Position numbers and translations under genes: made by a program
NCBI GenBank assembly: GCA_001820095.1
Contig: MHOO01000008.1
Span: 8,597-72,596 of the forward strand
DNA from: Candidatus Staskawiczbacteria bacterium RIFCSPHIGHO2_01_FULL_39_25
GTDB taxonomy: Bacteria; Patescibacteriota; Minisyncoccia; Minisyncoccales; Staskawiczbacteraceae
Length of the DNA: 64,000 nucleotides
Direction of reading: 5' to 3'
The notes under the pieces: generated by a model
The model's database searches: none
What the model was told of the DNA's origin: nothing
Seen by the model: only the letters and a program-made list of their open reading frames with translations
Shown here: one piece after another, positions 53,912 to 63,403 of the stretch
Numbering within the stretch: the stretch's first letter is position 1
Layout of the letters: every line of letters starts with the position of its first letter

Positions 53912-56173
53912 ATGCAAGAGCCTAATCCATACAAAATTCCTTGGTCAGGCAGGTCGGTAGAATATACTTCCGCAGAAATTGATGCGGTAGTAAATGCCAT
54001 GAAAACGGCCGACCCTTTGACGCAAGGGAAATACTTAAAGGAATTTGAAAGCAAATTTTCAGAGTATCTAGGCGTTAAAAATTCTTTTGCGGTATCTTCG
54101 GCTACCGCGGCTTTAGAATTGGCGGCTATTTTAACCAGGGTTGGCAAAGGCGATGAAGTGATTATTCCTGCCCATACCTTCTGCGCTACAGCCATTCCTT
54201 TTGCCAGAACGGGAGCCAAAGTTGTATGGGCTGATATAGATAGGGATACCAGAATCGTAACCGCTAAAACTTTGGAAAAATGCATCACGAAAAACACAAA
54301 GGTAATAGTAGTAGTGCACTTATACGGATTAGTGGCTAATATGCCAGAAATTATGGCATTGGCGCAAAAGTATAACATTTTAGTGGTTGAAGACTGCGCC
54401 CAAGCCATCGGAGCAGAATATCAAGGAAAAAAAGCCGGTGCTTATGGGGACTTTGCCTGTTTTAGTTTCCATTGCCAAAAAAGCATAAATACGTTAGGGG
54501 AAGGGGGCATGCTGGTGGTTAAGTCAGATGAGAAAGCAAAACTAGTCCCCGGGCTTCGCCATAATGGGGTAAAGCCGTACCCAGCTGGCAGGGACAGGTA
54601 TTGGGTGCCGGCCATGAGCAATGTTGATTTTGATATTGAAGGGTTTTTCCCCTACAACTTTTGCATTGGAGAGGTGCAGTGCGCCTTGGGCATAGAAATT
54701 TTAAAGACCATTGACGCCCAAAACCAAAAAAGAAAAGAACGGGCTAAAAAATTAATAGATGCTTTGAAAGAGTACCCGGAATTATCTTTTCAGAAGGCAG
54801 AAGACGGGCAGGGGAAAATGCATGTATATCATTTGCTGTCAGCGCAGTATGACGGGAAAAAATTCGGCAAAACAAGAAATGATCTTATTGAATTGCTTGC
54901 CGTAAAATACCAGATAAAAACGGTAGTGCAATATTATCCGTTATATAGATATCCGCTTTTCCAAAAAACCGGATTTGGAACTGCCGATTGCCCGAATACC
55001 GATGAATTTTTTGATAATATGATCTCTTTCCCGTTTCATATTTGGATGCCAGATGCCGATTTTGAATATCTCATTGACTCAACCAAAAAATCCCTTGAAG
55101 AGCTAAGAGCCCAGAAAATAATGAAAATGGTGCCAAAAATTGTCTTTGGCGAAGGAAAATTTGATGCGTTGCATCCCATAGCTGAAGAAATATTCAGCCT
55201 AGGGCAGGGATATATAGTGTACCTTATTGATTCAGTGCACCAAAAAACAGGGCTAAAAAATAGGTTAGTTCCAAGAAACCAGGATATGGTTATTGATATT
55301 GATGTTTCTTTGCACGAGCCGAAAACGGAACAGGTAGACCAGATAAAAGACCAGATTTTAGCTAAAAAAAATGCCTTGCCTCACCTTGTTGTTGGCATTG
55401 GCGGGGGATCAGTCATGGATATTGCCAAAGGAGTATCTATTATGCTGACTAACAATAGCTCCTCGGCTGATTACCAGGGCTGGGACCTTCCCAAAAATAA
55501 GGCCATTTTTAAAATGGCGGTTCCCACGCTTTCTGGTACTGGTTCTGAAGCTACCAGGACGGCGGTGCTAACCAGCTTAACCAAGAAACAAGGCATTAAC
55601 AGCGACCAAAGTATTTTTGATGCTGTAGTGATGGACCCTGAATTAATCAAAACGGTTGACCTCGAGCAGGAATTTTTTACCGGCATGGATTGCTTTATCC
55701 ATTGCGTGGAATCACTGCGGGGCACGTTTATCAATGAATTTGCAAGAAGCTTTGCCAAAACTTCAAAACAGGATATTGAAGACTTTTTCCTGAAAGAGAA
55801 AAATTATGGCAAGCTGATGATGGCTTCTTACTTTGGTGGGTCTTCCATTGCAAGCTCGGAAGTGGGCGTCTGCCATGCCTTGAGCTACGGATTAAGCCTG
55901 GTATTAGGATTCAGGCACGGCATAGCCAACTGCATTGTATTTAATCAACTGGACGAATTTTATGATACCGATGTTGTCAAAATGCGCGAGATGATGAAAA
56001 AAAATAACATTGAATTGCCAAAAAATGTAACTAAAGGATTAACTCCAGAAGACATGGAAAAAATGGTTCACATGGCCTTTAAGATGGAAAAACCTTTGAT
56101 CAATGCTTTGGGAAGCAATTGGAGGAATATATTAACCAAAGAAAAAGTGATAGAATTGTATAAGAAGATGTAA
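53912..56173 (+). CDS. Fusion protein: DegT/DnrJ/EryC1-type PLP aminotransferase (N, ~390 aa) + iron-containing alcohol dehydrogenase family (C, ~350 aa)
   Basis: N-terminal half: SSATAALE, DCAQAIG, FSFHCQKSI (PLP Lys). C-terminal half: GIGGGSVMDIAKG, PTLSGTGSEATR, and His-rich metal-site segments FIHCVESL and CHALSYG. Confidence 0.8.
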   Translation: MQEPNPYKIPWSGRSVEYTSAEIDAVVNAMKTADPLTQGKYLKEFESKFSEYLGVKNSFAVSSATAALELAAILTRVGKGDEVIIPAHTFCATAIPFARTGAKVVWADIDRDTRIVTAKTLEKCITKNTKVIVVVHLYGLVANMPEIMALAQKYNILVVEDCAQAIGAEYQGKKAGAYGDFACFSFHCQKSINTLGEGGMLVVKSDEKAKLVPGLRHNGVKPYPAGRDRYWVPAMSNVDFDIEGFFPYNFCIGEVQCALGIEILKTIDAQNQKRKERAKKLIDALKEYPELSFQKAEDGQGKMHVYHLLSAQYDGKKFGKTRNDLIELLAVKYQIKTVVQYYPLYRYPLFQKTGFGTADCPNTDEFFDNMISFPFHIWMPDADFEYLIDSTKKSLEELRAQKIMKMVPKIVFGEGKFDALHPIAEEIFSLGQGYIVYLIDSVHQKTGLKNRLVPRNQDMVIDIDVSLHEPKTEQVDQIKDQILAKKNALPHLVVGIGGGSVMDIAKGVSIMLTNNSSSADYQGWDLPKNKAIFKMAVPTLSGTGSEATRTAVLTSLTKKQGINSDQSIFDAVVMDPELIKTVDLEQEFFTGMDCFIHCVESLRGTFINEFARSFAKTSKQDIEDFFLKEKNYGKLMMASYFGGSSIASSEVGVCHALSYGLSLVLGFRHGIANCIVFNQLDEFYDTDVVKMREMMKKNNIELPKNVTKGLTPEDMEKMVHMAFKMEKPLINALGSNWRNILTKEKVIELYKKM

Positions 56174-56182
56174 TATTTTGGT

Positions 56183-56818
56183 ATGATAAAAAGCAAAAAA
56201 ATATTAGCGGTGATCCCAGCCAGAGGAGGCAGCAAAACAATTCCCAGAAAAAATATCAAATTAATTCATGGCAAGCCGCTAGTGGTGTGGAGTATTTTAG
56301 CAGCAAAGAATTCAAAATATCTAGATAAGATTATTGTTTCCACAGATGACAAGGAAATCGCAAAGATTGCCATAAAGGCAGGAGCCGAAGTGTTGGATAG
56401 GCCTAAAAAATATGCTACTGACAAGGCAACTACGATTTCTGTTTTGCAGCATGCAATAAAAGAAGTTCCAGGGTATGATGCTATTGTGCTATTGCAGCCA
56501 ACTTCTCCCTTAAGGACAGGAAAGTTGATTGATAAAGCCGTAGAACGGTTTATCAAGAGCAAGGCAGATACCTTAGCTACGGGCTACATTTGCAAAGAAT
56601 ACGAATGGGGGACTACCAATAATATCCCCCGCCAAAAATTGAAAGGGTGGTTCTATGACGATGGTAATATTTATGTCCAAAGCGCAGAACATCTCAAAAA
56701 AGGCCAATGGACTGGAAAAAAATTAGAAAAGATGGTCATAGAGAAGCATTATAATTTTGAAATTGATGACGAAAATGATTTTTATATCGTAGAACAATTA
56801 ATGAAAAGGTACCTATGA
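56183..56818 (+). CDS. CMP-ulosonic acid synthetase (acylneuraminate cytidylyltransferase / NeuA-KdsB family)
   Basis: IPARGGSKTIPRKN and LLQPTSPLR motifs. Confidence 0.85.
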   Translation: MIKSKKILAVIPARGGSKTIPRKNIKLIHGKPLVVWSILAAKNSKYLDKIIVSTDDKEIAKIAIKAGAEVLDRPKKYATDKATTISVLQHAIKEVPGYDAIVLLQPTSPLRTGKLIDKAVERFIKSKADTLATGYICKEYEWGTTNNIPRQKLKGWFYDDGNIYVQSAEHLKKGQWTGKKLEKMVIEKHYNFEIDDENDFYIVEQLMKRYL

Positions 56819-57381
56819 TACCAGGAAACATACAAGATAAATTAAAAGAAGTTAAGGCGGTAGTTTTTGATGGCGACGGAGTCTTCTTCACCGGCAGAGT
56901 TTTCGTACATCCTGAAACCGGTGAAATGCTAAAAGAAAGAAGCCATGTGGATGGCCAGGGAATTTCCCTGTTAAGGGCCATTGGCATCAAAGTTGCGTTT
57001 GTAACGGGAGAAAAAACTGGATTTCTGGAAGCGATATGCAAAAAATTAAATTCCTTGCCTTCTGTTCAAAACGGGGGATGGCCTGCCATTGCGCTGTTTA
57101 CTGGCCAGCAGGGAGATAATAAGGTAAAGGCAATAGATAGCTGGCTTTCACAAAATAATATTAGCTGGAGCCAAACCGTGGCCATGGGTGATGATATTAC
57201 TGACTATCAGCTATTGCAAAAAGCCGGCATTGTAGCAGCTCCGGCCCAAGCAGAAGAAGTTATCAAGAATATTGCAGACTATGTAACTTTGCGCAAAGGG
57301 GGAGACGGGGCAATACGGGATCTTTGCAATACAATTTTAGAGGCAAGGAATATAGATTTAATTTCTTTAAAAAAGCGGTAA
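56815..57381 (+). CDS. HAD-IIIA KdsC-family ulosonate-phosphate phosphatase
   Basis: VVFDGDGVFF (DxD), VTGEKT, MGDDITD and GGDGAIRDL motifs. Confidence 0.8.
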   Translation: MIPGNIQDKLKEVKAVVFDGDGVFFTGRVFVHPETGEMLKERSHVDGQGISLLRAIGIKVAFVTGEKTGFLEAICKKLNSLPSVQNGGWPAIALFTGQQGDNKVKAIDSWLSQNNISWSQTVAMGDDITDYQLLQKAGIVAAPAQAEEVIKNIADYVTLRKGGDGAIRDLCNTILEARNIDLISLKKR

Positions 57382-57390
57382 TTTGAAACC

Positions 57391-58242
57391 ATGATAGATT
57401 TTAATAAACTGGAAAAACCTTATTTGATTGCTGAAGTGGGAATTAACCATAATGGCGATATGCAAATCGCCAAGCGTTTGATTTCAGCGGCGTTTGGCAG
57501 CCAGTGGGATTGCGTGAAATTCCAGAAAAGGGTTCCTGAAATAGCCACTCCGGAAGCCCAAAAAAACATTATGCGCGATACGCCATGGGGCAGGATGACC
57601 TATTTGGAATATAAGAAAAAATTAGAATTTGGCAAACCAGAATACGACTACATTGACAAGTATTGCAAGGAAAAACCTATTGATTGGACGGCCTCGGTGT
57701 GGGATGTGCCAAGCCTGGAGTTTATCATGCAGTATGATGTGCCGTTCTTAAAAATCCCTTCAGCTAAAATTACTGAGAAAGAACTGATTGCTGCAGTAGC
57801 GAAAACAGGCAAACCAATTATCCTTTCAACAGGCATGAGCACCTTGGAAGAAATTGACGAAGCCGTAAAAATATTAAGAGATTATAACGCCAACTTTTTG
57901 CTGCTTCACTGTAATTCCGCCTATCCTTCTAAAAAAGAGGACTTGAATATAAGGGCTATGCATACGTTAAAAGAACGATATGGGTGCCCGGTAGGATATA
58001 GCGGCCATGAATATGACTTGGAGCCTTCAGTATACGCAGCTGTTTTGGGGGCTAAAGTAATTGAGCGCCACATTACCATTGACCATAACCTTTGGGGCAC
58101 TGACCAGGCGGCCAGTTTAGAGGTAAGCGCCATGGATATGTTAAGAAAAAGGCTTCAAGACGTGAATATCGTATTAGGGGACGGGGTGAAAAAAATTGCA
58201 GAATCGGAAAAAGCAATCAGGGAAAAATTACGAGGATACTAA
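57391..58242 (+). CDS. NeuB-family (sialic/KDN/legionaminic-type) ulosonic acid synthase, short form without SAF domain
   Basis: LIAEVGINHNGD, VKFQKR, KIPSA and YSGHE motifs in a 283-aa protein. Confidence 0.85.
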   Translation: MIDFNKLEKPYLIAEVGINHNGDMQIAKRLISAAFGSQWDCVKFQKRVPEIATPEAQKNIMRDTPWGRMTYLEYKKKLEFGKPEYDYIDKYCKEKPIDWTASVWDVPSLEFIMQYDVPFLKIPSAKITEKELIAAVAKTGKPIILSTGMSTLEEIDEAVKILRDYNANFLLLHCNSAYPSKKEDLNIRAMHTLKERYGCPVGYSGHEYDLEPSVYAAVLGAKVIERHITIDHNLWGTDQAASLEVSAMDMLRKRLQDVNIVLGDGVKKIAESEKAIREKLRGY

Positions 58243-58247
58243 AACCA

Positions 58248-59705
58248 TTATAGAACTTGTTCAGCCTTAAAAAGATTCTTAAAAAATAATAATTCTTTTT
58301 TTCCAAAGCCCTTAAATAAGATAATGAGAATACCGTAAATAATGACTCCAGCTGCAATGGCAATAAGGGTGGACATCAATCCTTCTGGGTTAAGCCATGC
58401 AAGCGCCATAGCCATTATTGCAGAGGCCAATATGCTTTTGAGGATAAACATTACATCAATTTCAAAGGGCAGGTATTTTAAAGAAAAATAGCTGCATACG
58501 ATAATGACAAATAAATATGAGGCAAGGGTATTAATTGCGGCAGCTATAATTCCAAAATGAGGGATTAAAGCAAGATTTAAGGCCAAATTTAAGCAGGTGG
58601 CGCCAATCCATATTTTCCCTAAGATTAAGGTCTTTTTTACCAGCACTAACCCTTGCAGCATTACTCCGTAGAGCCCGTACAATATCATGCTTAAGGCCAT
58701 AAAGGGAATCAGCATGTGCCCCTTTTCTACAATTTCCTGGGTAGAGAAAATGGTCAGCAACTGCTTTGATAATATTGATAGCCCGAAAAAAGCAGGGATC
58801 GTTACCATTAAAAGATATTTAAGAGAATATTTTAAATATCTTTTTACTTGGCCTAGGTTGTTTTCGTCATACAGCTTTGAGAGCACCGGAGGAAGAAGGA
58901 AAGAAAGGGGAGTTTCAAAAAATGCGATGACTCCGGCAATGGTGTAAGCCGGGACATAGTATCCTACAAACAGGGCCCCAAAAAAATAACCGATCAAAAA
59001 CCGGTCATTAAAGTGCACTAGCCAATTGGATATGTTTTCTGGTATGGTGGGCAGGCCAAACCGCAAATAATTTTTTGTTTTAGAAAACACAGGAATTGTT
59101 ATGCCAATTTTTCTGATGATAATACATGCGGTAATCAGAAAATTAATAACCCGTATAGCCAAGAGTCCCGCCATTGCTCCGAAAAGCCCTAACCCCAGCC
59201 AAATAAAAAATACGATTAATGCTATTTCTCCTAACCCTTGAAAGATGATGAAGAAAGAATACTGCTTAATTTTCCTAAATGCGCGCAATGTATTAAGGCA
59301 AACCTGGTTTAAGCATTCAAAAATGATGATAATGGCTAACATTTGAATAAGAATGGCTTGGCATTGCAGGAAATTGGCAATTGGCGCTGCAAGAAAAAAT
59401 AGAAGAAAAGAAATAACCAGGCTGAAGGCAAAAACCAAAATTGCTACCGAATAAATGCCATCCTGTATTTCCTTTTGGTCTTTCTCTCCTGATATGAATC
59501 TTACTAAGGCATAGGGAAGCCCTAATACAATAATGGGGCTTACCAATGAAACAATGACTACTAATTGCGCCCAAATGCCGTATTCTCGTGCCCCTAGGAT
59601 TTTAGTTATAATAGGCAGCAAAATAATGGCCCGTAAGGCCATTATTGAGTTTGTACCTGCCACTAAGGCAACTTCTTTGGTGAATTTCTTATATGACATA
59701 GGCAA
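58248..59705 (-). CDS. Wzx-type (MOP superfamily) oligosaccharide flippase
   Basis: 485 aa with about 12-14 TM helices and a typical polysaccharide-biosynthesis-protein layout. Confidence 0.75.
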   Translation of the reverse strand: MPMSYKKFTKEVALVAGTNSIMALRAIILLPIITKILGAREYGIWAQLVVIVSLVSPIIVLGLPYALVRFISGEKDQKEIQDGIYSVAILVFAFSLVISFLLFFLAAPIANFLQCQAILIQMLAIIIIFECLNQVCLNTLRAFRKIKQYSFFIIFQGLGEIALIVFFIWLGLGLFGAMAGLLAIRVINFLITACIIIRKIGITIPVFSKTKNYLRFGLPTIPENISNWLVHFNDRFLIGYFFGALFVGYYVPAYTIAGVIAFFETPLSFLLPPVLSKLYDENNLGQVKRYLKYSLKYLLMVTIPAFFGLSILSKQLLTIFSTQEIVEKGHMLIPFMALSMILYGLYGVMLQGLVLVKKTLILGKIWIGATCLNLALNLALIPHFGIIAAAINTLASYLFVIIVCSYFSLKYLPFEIDVMFILKSILASAIMAMALAWLNPEGLMSTLIAIAAGVIIYGILIILFKGFGKKELLFFKNLFKAEQVL

Positions 59706-59760
59706 AATACCGATTATTTGGCTCCCTTTACGGAATCGTTATTTTATATTAAACTAAAAT

Positions 59761-61191
59761 ATGCAAAAAAGGAAAGAGGTAAGAGTAAATTTCAAAGAAG
59801 GTTTCAAAAAATTGGCGGATTTAGAGGTGCAGTATGATCTTTTTTCCATATTCTATGAAGGGATTCCCTTATGGTTATACGCTCGCGATAGAGCCCTTAA
59901 TATTATCAGCGGGATTACTTCCTACGAAGGCCAATCAATTTCTTCCCACGCCATACGTCCCGTAAATCTTGTAAAAAGGGTTTTTTACTGCATCCTCAAT
60001 TTTTATAAGATATTCAATAACGATATCATTATTTTCACCAATGAAAGGCACCTTGAAAAAGATTTGCAGACGGGAGAATATTATAACCCCTTTGCAGAAT
60101 TGGCAGTAAGGCAAAACCCTAATGCCAAGAAATTTTTGATATTTGAGTTTCCCATACCCATGACGGTAAAATATCAAAAAGTAAACTATCAGAATTACAT
60201 GCTCTTGGATGTATTCCTTTTTTTCAGGCAAATTTTTTCTCCGCTCTCATTATTCTACTATAGGAAGATAAAGAAAGTATTTGAACCAAAATTCAAAGCG
60301 TCTGGCTTATTTACAGAATCAGAAATTAAAGAACTTTTAAGGCGTTGTTATTATTCTGCGTATAGCATGGTATGCTATGGTATTTTTTTAAAATTCATCA
60401 AGGCAACAAATCCTCATGCTAAGTTAATTTACAGCTGTATGGGGGGGTATGACAAGTTTCCCGGGGTCATAGAAATACAACCAGCCCTAATCATTGATAA
60501 CCAGTCGGTATATATCTATCCTGAGACAAAATATACGCAAAACTATTTAAAAACTAAGAAAATGATTGTTTTTTCAGAGCATGCCAAAGATCTTTTAGCT
60601 AAAAATGGCTATACGCAGGAAAATATTTCCGTACAGGGCAATTCGAAAATTAAATTTTATTTTATTAAAAATATAAATGATACTATACTAAAAAAGGTAG
60701 AAAAAGTTGATAATAAAATTGTCATTATAGGAAACTGGGGCGGAAGTTTTTTAAAAATTATTAAGAATCTTGTATTGGATATAGAAAAAAATAATGAGCT
60801 ATTTAAAAATTGGGACATATCATTGGTATTGCACCCGGCCGAGGATAATACATATAAAAAACTGCATTTAACCAAGGTTAAGGTATTTGAAAATCACCAG
60901 GTGTCCCTATGGGGGATGCTATCAGAGGCGGTCGCCACCATTAACATTGCGTCTACGGTTCTTGAAGAGTCAACCTATTTTGGATGTTACAATATTATAT
61001 TGAAAGATATAAAATTCAGCGATCAAACGGATTTTGTTAATGCCTTATGCGGATCGTATCCTTATAAAGCAATAGTTGATCCTGAAAAATTTATCCATTG
61101 GTTTGAAGAAAACCAAAGCAATATCAAAAACCATGCTATTCAGAAAAATAAAATCATTAAAGAAAATTACGAATATTTCTTAAAAAATTAA
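59761..61191 (+). CDS. Hypothetical protein, possible GT-B glycosyltransferase (candidate ulosonic-acid transferase)
   Basis: The C-terminal pattern LVLHPAED..(40 aa)..AVATINIASTVLEESTYFG recalls the x-HP ... V-x-TinS-x-x-lEA pattern I associate with capsule Kdo-transferase-type enzymes. The evidence is weak. Confidence 0.3.
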   Translation: MQKRKEVRVNFKEGFKKLADLEVQYDLFSIFYEGIPLWLYARDRALNIISGITSYEGQSISSHAIRPVNLVKRVFYCILNFYKIFNNDIIIFTNERHLEKDLQTGEYYNPFAELAVRQNPNAKKFLIFEFPIPMTVKYQKVNYQNYMLLDVFLFFRQIFSPLSLFYYRKIKKVFEPKFKASGLFTESEIKELLRRCYYSAYSMVCYGIFLKFIKATNPHAKLIYSCMGGYDKFPGVIEIQPALIIDNQSVYIYPETKYTQNYLKTKKMIVFSEHAKDLLAKNGYTQENISVQGNSKIKFYFIKNINDTILKKVEKVDNKIVIIGNWGGSFLKIIKNLVLDIEKNNELFKNWDISLVLHPAEDNTYKKLHLTKVKVFENHQVSLWGMLSEAVATINIASTVLEESTYFGCYNIILKDIKFSDQTDFVNALCGSYPYKAIVDPEKFIHWFEENQSNIKNHAIQKNKIIKENYEYFLKN

Positions 61192-61201
61192 ATAAAAAAC
61201 C

Positions 61202-61921
61202 ATGGCAGCAACAGAACAAGAAATCAAACAGTGGTATAACGAAAGGCATATAAGGACTAAAGAGCATTCATGGCGCCTGCCAGAGGCTTATTCGCTTATT
61301 TTGGATTACTTTAAAGAATTTGGCATCAAGCCAGGCCAAAAAATATTGGATATTGGCTATGGGTCGGGATATTTTTTAAAGGCGGCCGATGAAGCGGGGC
61401 TTGATACGTATGGCATTGATATTTCAGAAGAAGGCATGAAAATTGCCCAAAAAAGTTCACCAAATTCCAAGCTATATGTGGGCAAGGGGGAAGATTTGCC
61501 ATTTGAAGATAATTTTTTTGACCATGTAGCCTGCATTGGGGTGCTGGAGCATTTTATGGATATAGAAAAGGGAATTAAAGAAATGAAAAGAGTTATCAAG
61601 CCTGGGGGAACACTTTTAATACTGGTGCCAAACATTAATTTTATCTATTGGAAATTCCAGAAAAGCAAGGGAACTGAACAGAAGGATATCAGCGAAGCAT
61701 TAATGTCACTGGAGCAGTGGAGGGATAAATTCATTAAAGAAGGGCTGGAAGTCATAAAAATAGACAAAGATGATTGGTTTTCTAAGGAACCTATTGTATT
61801 TACGCCTTTTTCTTTGCCGGTACTGTTAAGGGGCATCAAGAGAATGATTTACAAGGTGATTTGGGTTTTTGTCCCTCTAAGATATACCTACCAATTTATT
61901 TATATCTTGAAGAAAAATTAA
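61202..61921 (+). CDS. Class I SAM-dependent methyltransferase
   Basis: ILDIGYGSGYF and PGGTLLILVPN motifs. Confidence 0.75.
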   Translation: MAATEQEIKQWYNERHIRTKEHSWRLPEAYSLILDYFKEFGIKPGQKILDIGYGSGYFLKAADEAGLDTYGIDISEEGMKIAQKSSPNSKLYVGKGEDLPFEDNFFDHVACIGVLEHFMDIEKGIKEMKRVIKPGGTLLILVPNINFIYWKFQKSKGTEQKDISEALMSLEQWRDKFIKEGLEVIKIDKDDWFSKEPIVFTPFSLPVLLRGIKRMIYKVIWVFVPLRYTYQFIYILKKN

Positions 61922-61939
61922 TCGGTTGTTTCAGTAAAA

Positions 61940-63403
61940 ATGGAAAAATACGAAAAAATTTTAGTAATTATCATTTCTGCAATCCTTGCATTGGGAGTAG
62001 TATCTTTTTTAGATAAAACTTTAATGGCTGGCATGCTGTTCTCTCTGCTGCTGGGAACTGCGACACTATTATTTTTATCTAAACTAGGAATTGAAGATAA
62101 AAAAATAACCACATTTTTTGTGGTTGTTTTTATTATTCATACCGCCGTGGTGGTGGCTATGCACTATTCTAATTTCCAGCCATTTGCAAATGGAGCAGGA
62201 GATTTTGTTGAATACCATAAAAATGCCATAGAGATCTATACAAGGCTCCAGCACGGAAATTTCTCAGTTATGGGTTTAGAGCGGGCAAGCCATTACTATC
62301 CTGTTTTAATAGGATATATTTATACTTTTACAGTGCCTAATATGCTCATGGGGCAATTATTAAACGCCTGGTTAATGTCGCTGACTGCTTTGGTATCTTA
62401 CTTTATCGTTACTGCAATTAAAGGATCCAAAAAGGGGGCATTGCTGGTTGCAACCATGGTAGCTTTCTATCCTAGCCTGCTATTTTTTGGGGGATTAATG
62501 CTCAAAGATGCCCTTATTGTCTTTTTAAGCTTACTAGGAATATTAATTACCATTCAATTAATTCAAAAATTCCAATGGGGATTATTTGCGCTTTTATATT
62601 TAATACTTGGGTTTACCATCCATTTTAGGTTTTACATAGGTTTTGCCGTTTTGCTTACCTTTATTATTTCCTGGTTATTATTCTCAAATATATATTTTAA
62701 AAAGCGCGCTATGTATTTCTTAGTGATGGTAGCGCTTTTTGGTTTTTTGCCCCAGCTATTTATGGTTGATGATGCCGGATATTGGGGGGCTAAATTATTT
62801 AAACAATATCTAAATCAGAAAACTATTTCTTATTATCGGGAATCAGCTTATGTAGCCGAACCGCAGTATGCAAAAAACGTTACAACTCCGGTTGTTACTA
62901 CTTCTGTTGCTAACCAAAAAGAGCCTGTTATAATTCCTGCCGCTCTTGAAGAAGAAGATACTGCCGGCTCTACGTTTGCGGTGAAAACAGAATTTAATAA
63001 TTTTTTTAAGTTTATTGGGAACTATATAGTATCTTTTATTTATACTATTTTTGGGCCGTTTGTATGGCAAATAAAGTATAAGCGCCAACTTCTTTCTTTG
63101 ATAGAAGTAATACCTTGGTACTTTTTGCTGTTTTTTATCGTAAAAGGAGCCATAAAAGAATTTGGCCGTTATTACAAAAATAATTATAAAATATATGCTC
63201 CGCTTTTGATATTTACCGTATTAGTGCTTAGCAGTATCGCCCTTTTTTTCAATAATTTTGGGATTATTACCCGAATTCGCATCCCAGCCATTATATGTCT
63301 GCTATGCTTCTTGCCTTTTAGCTTAAAAGAGGATAGTGTAATATATCAATATTTTGAGAAAATATATTCTAAAATATCCTTGAAATGGAATCAAAAAAGG
63401 TAG
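61940..63403 (+). CDS. Polytopic membrane protein (GT-C-like glycosyltransferase or polymerase candidate)
   Basis: About 11 TM helices with a central soluble loop. No diagnostic motif seen. Confidence 0.45.
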   Translation: MEKYEKILVIIISAILALGVVSFLDKTLMAGMLFSLLLGTATLLFLSKLGIEDKKITTFFVVVFIIHTAVVVAMHYSNFQPFANGAGDFVEYHKNAIEIYTRLQHGNFSVMGLERASHYYPVLIGYIYTFTVPNMLMGQLLNAWLMSLTALVSYFIVTAIKGSKKGALLVATMVAFYPSLLFFGGLMLKDALIVFLSLLGILITIQLIQKFQWGLFALLYLILGFTIHFRFYIGFAVLLTFIISWLLFSNIYFKKRAMYFLVMVALFGFLPQLFMVDDAGYWGAKLFKQYLNQKTISYYRESAYVAEPQYAKNVTTPVVTTSVANQKEPVIIPAALEEEDTAGSTFAVKTEFNNFFKFIGNYIVSFIYTIFGPFVWQIKYKRQLLSLIEVIPWYFLLFFIVKGAIKEFGRYYKNNYKIYAPLLIFTVLVLSSIALFFNNFGIITRIRIPAIICLLCFLPFSLKEDSVIYQYFEKIYSKISLKWNQKR

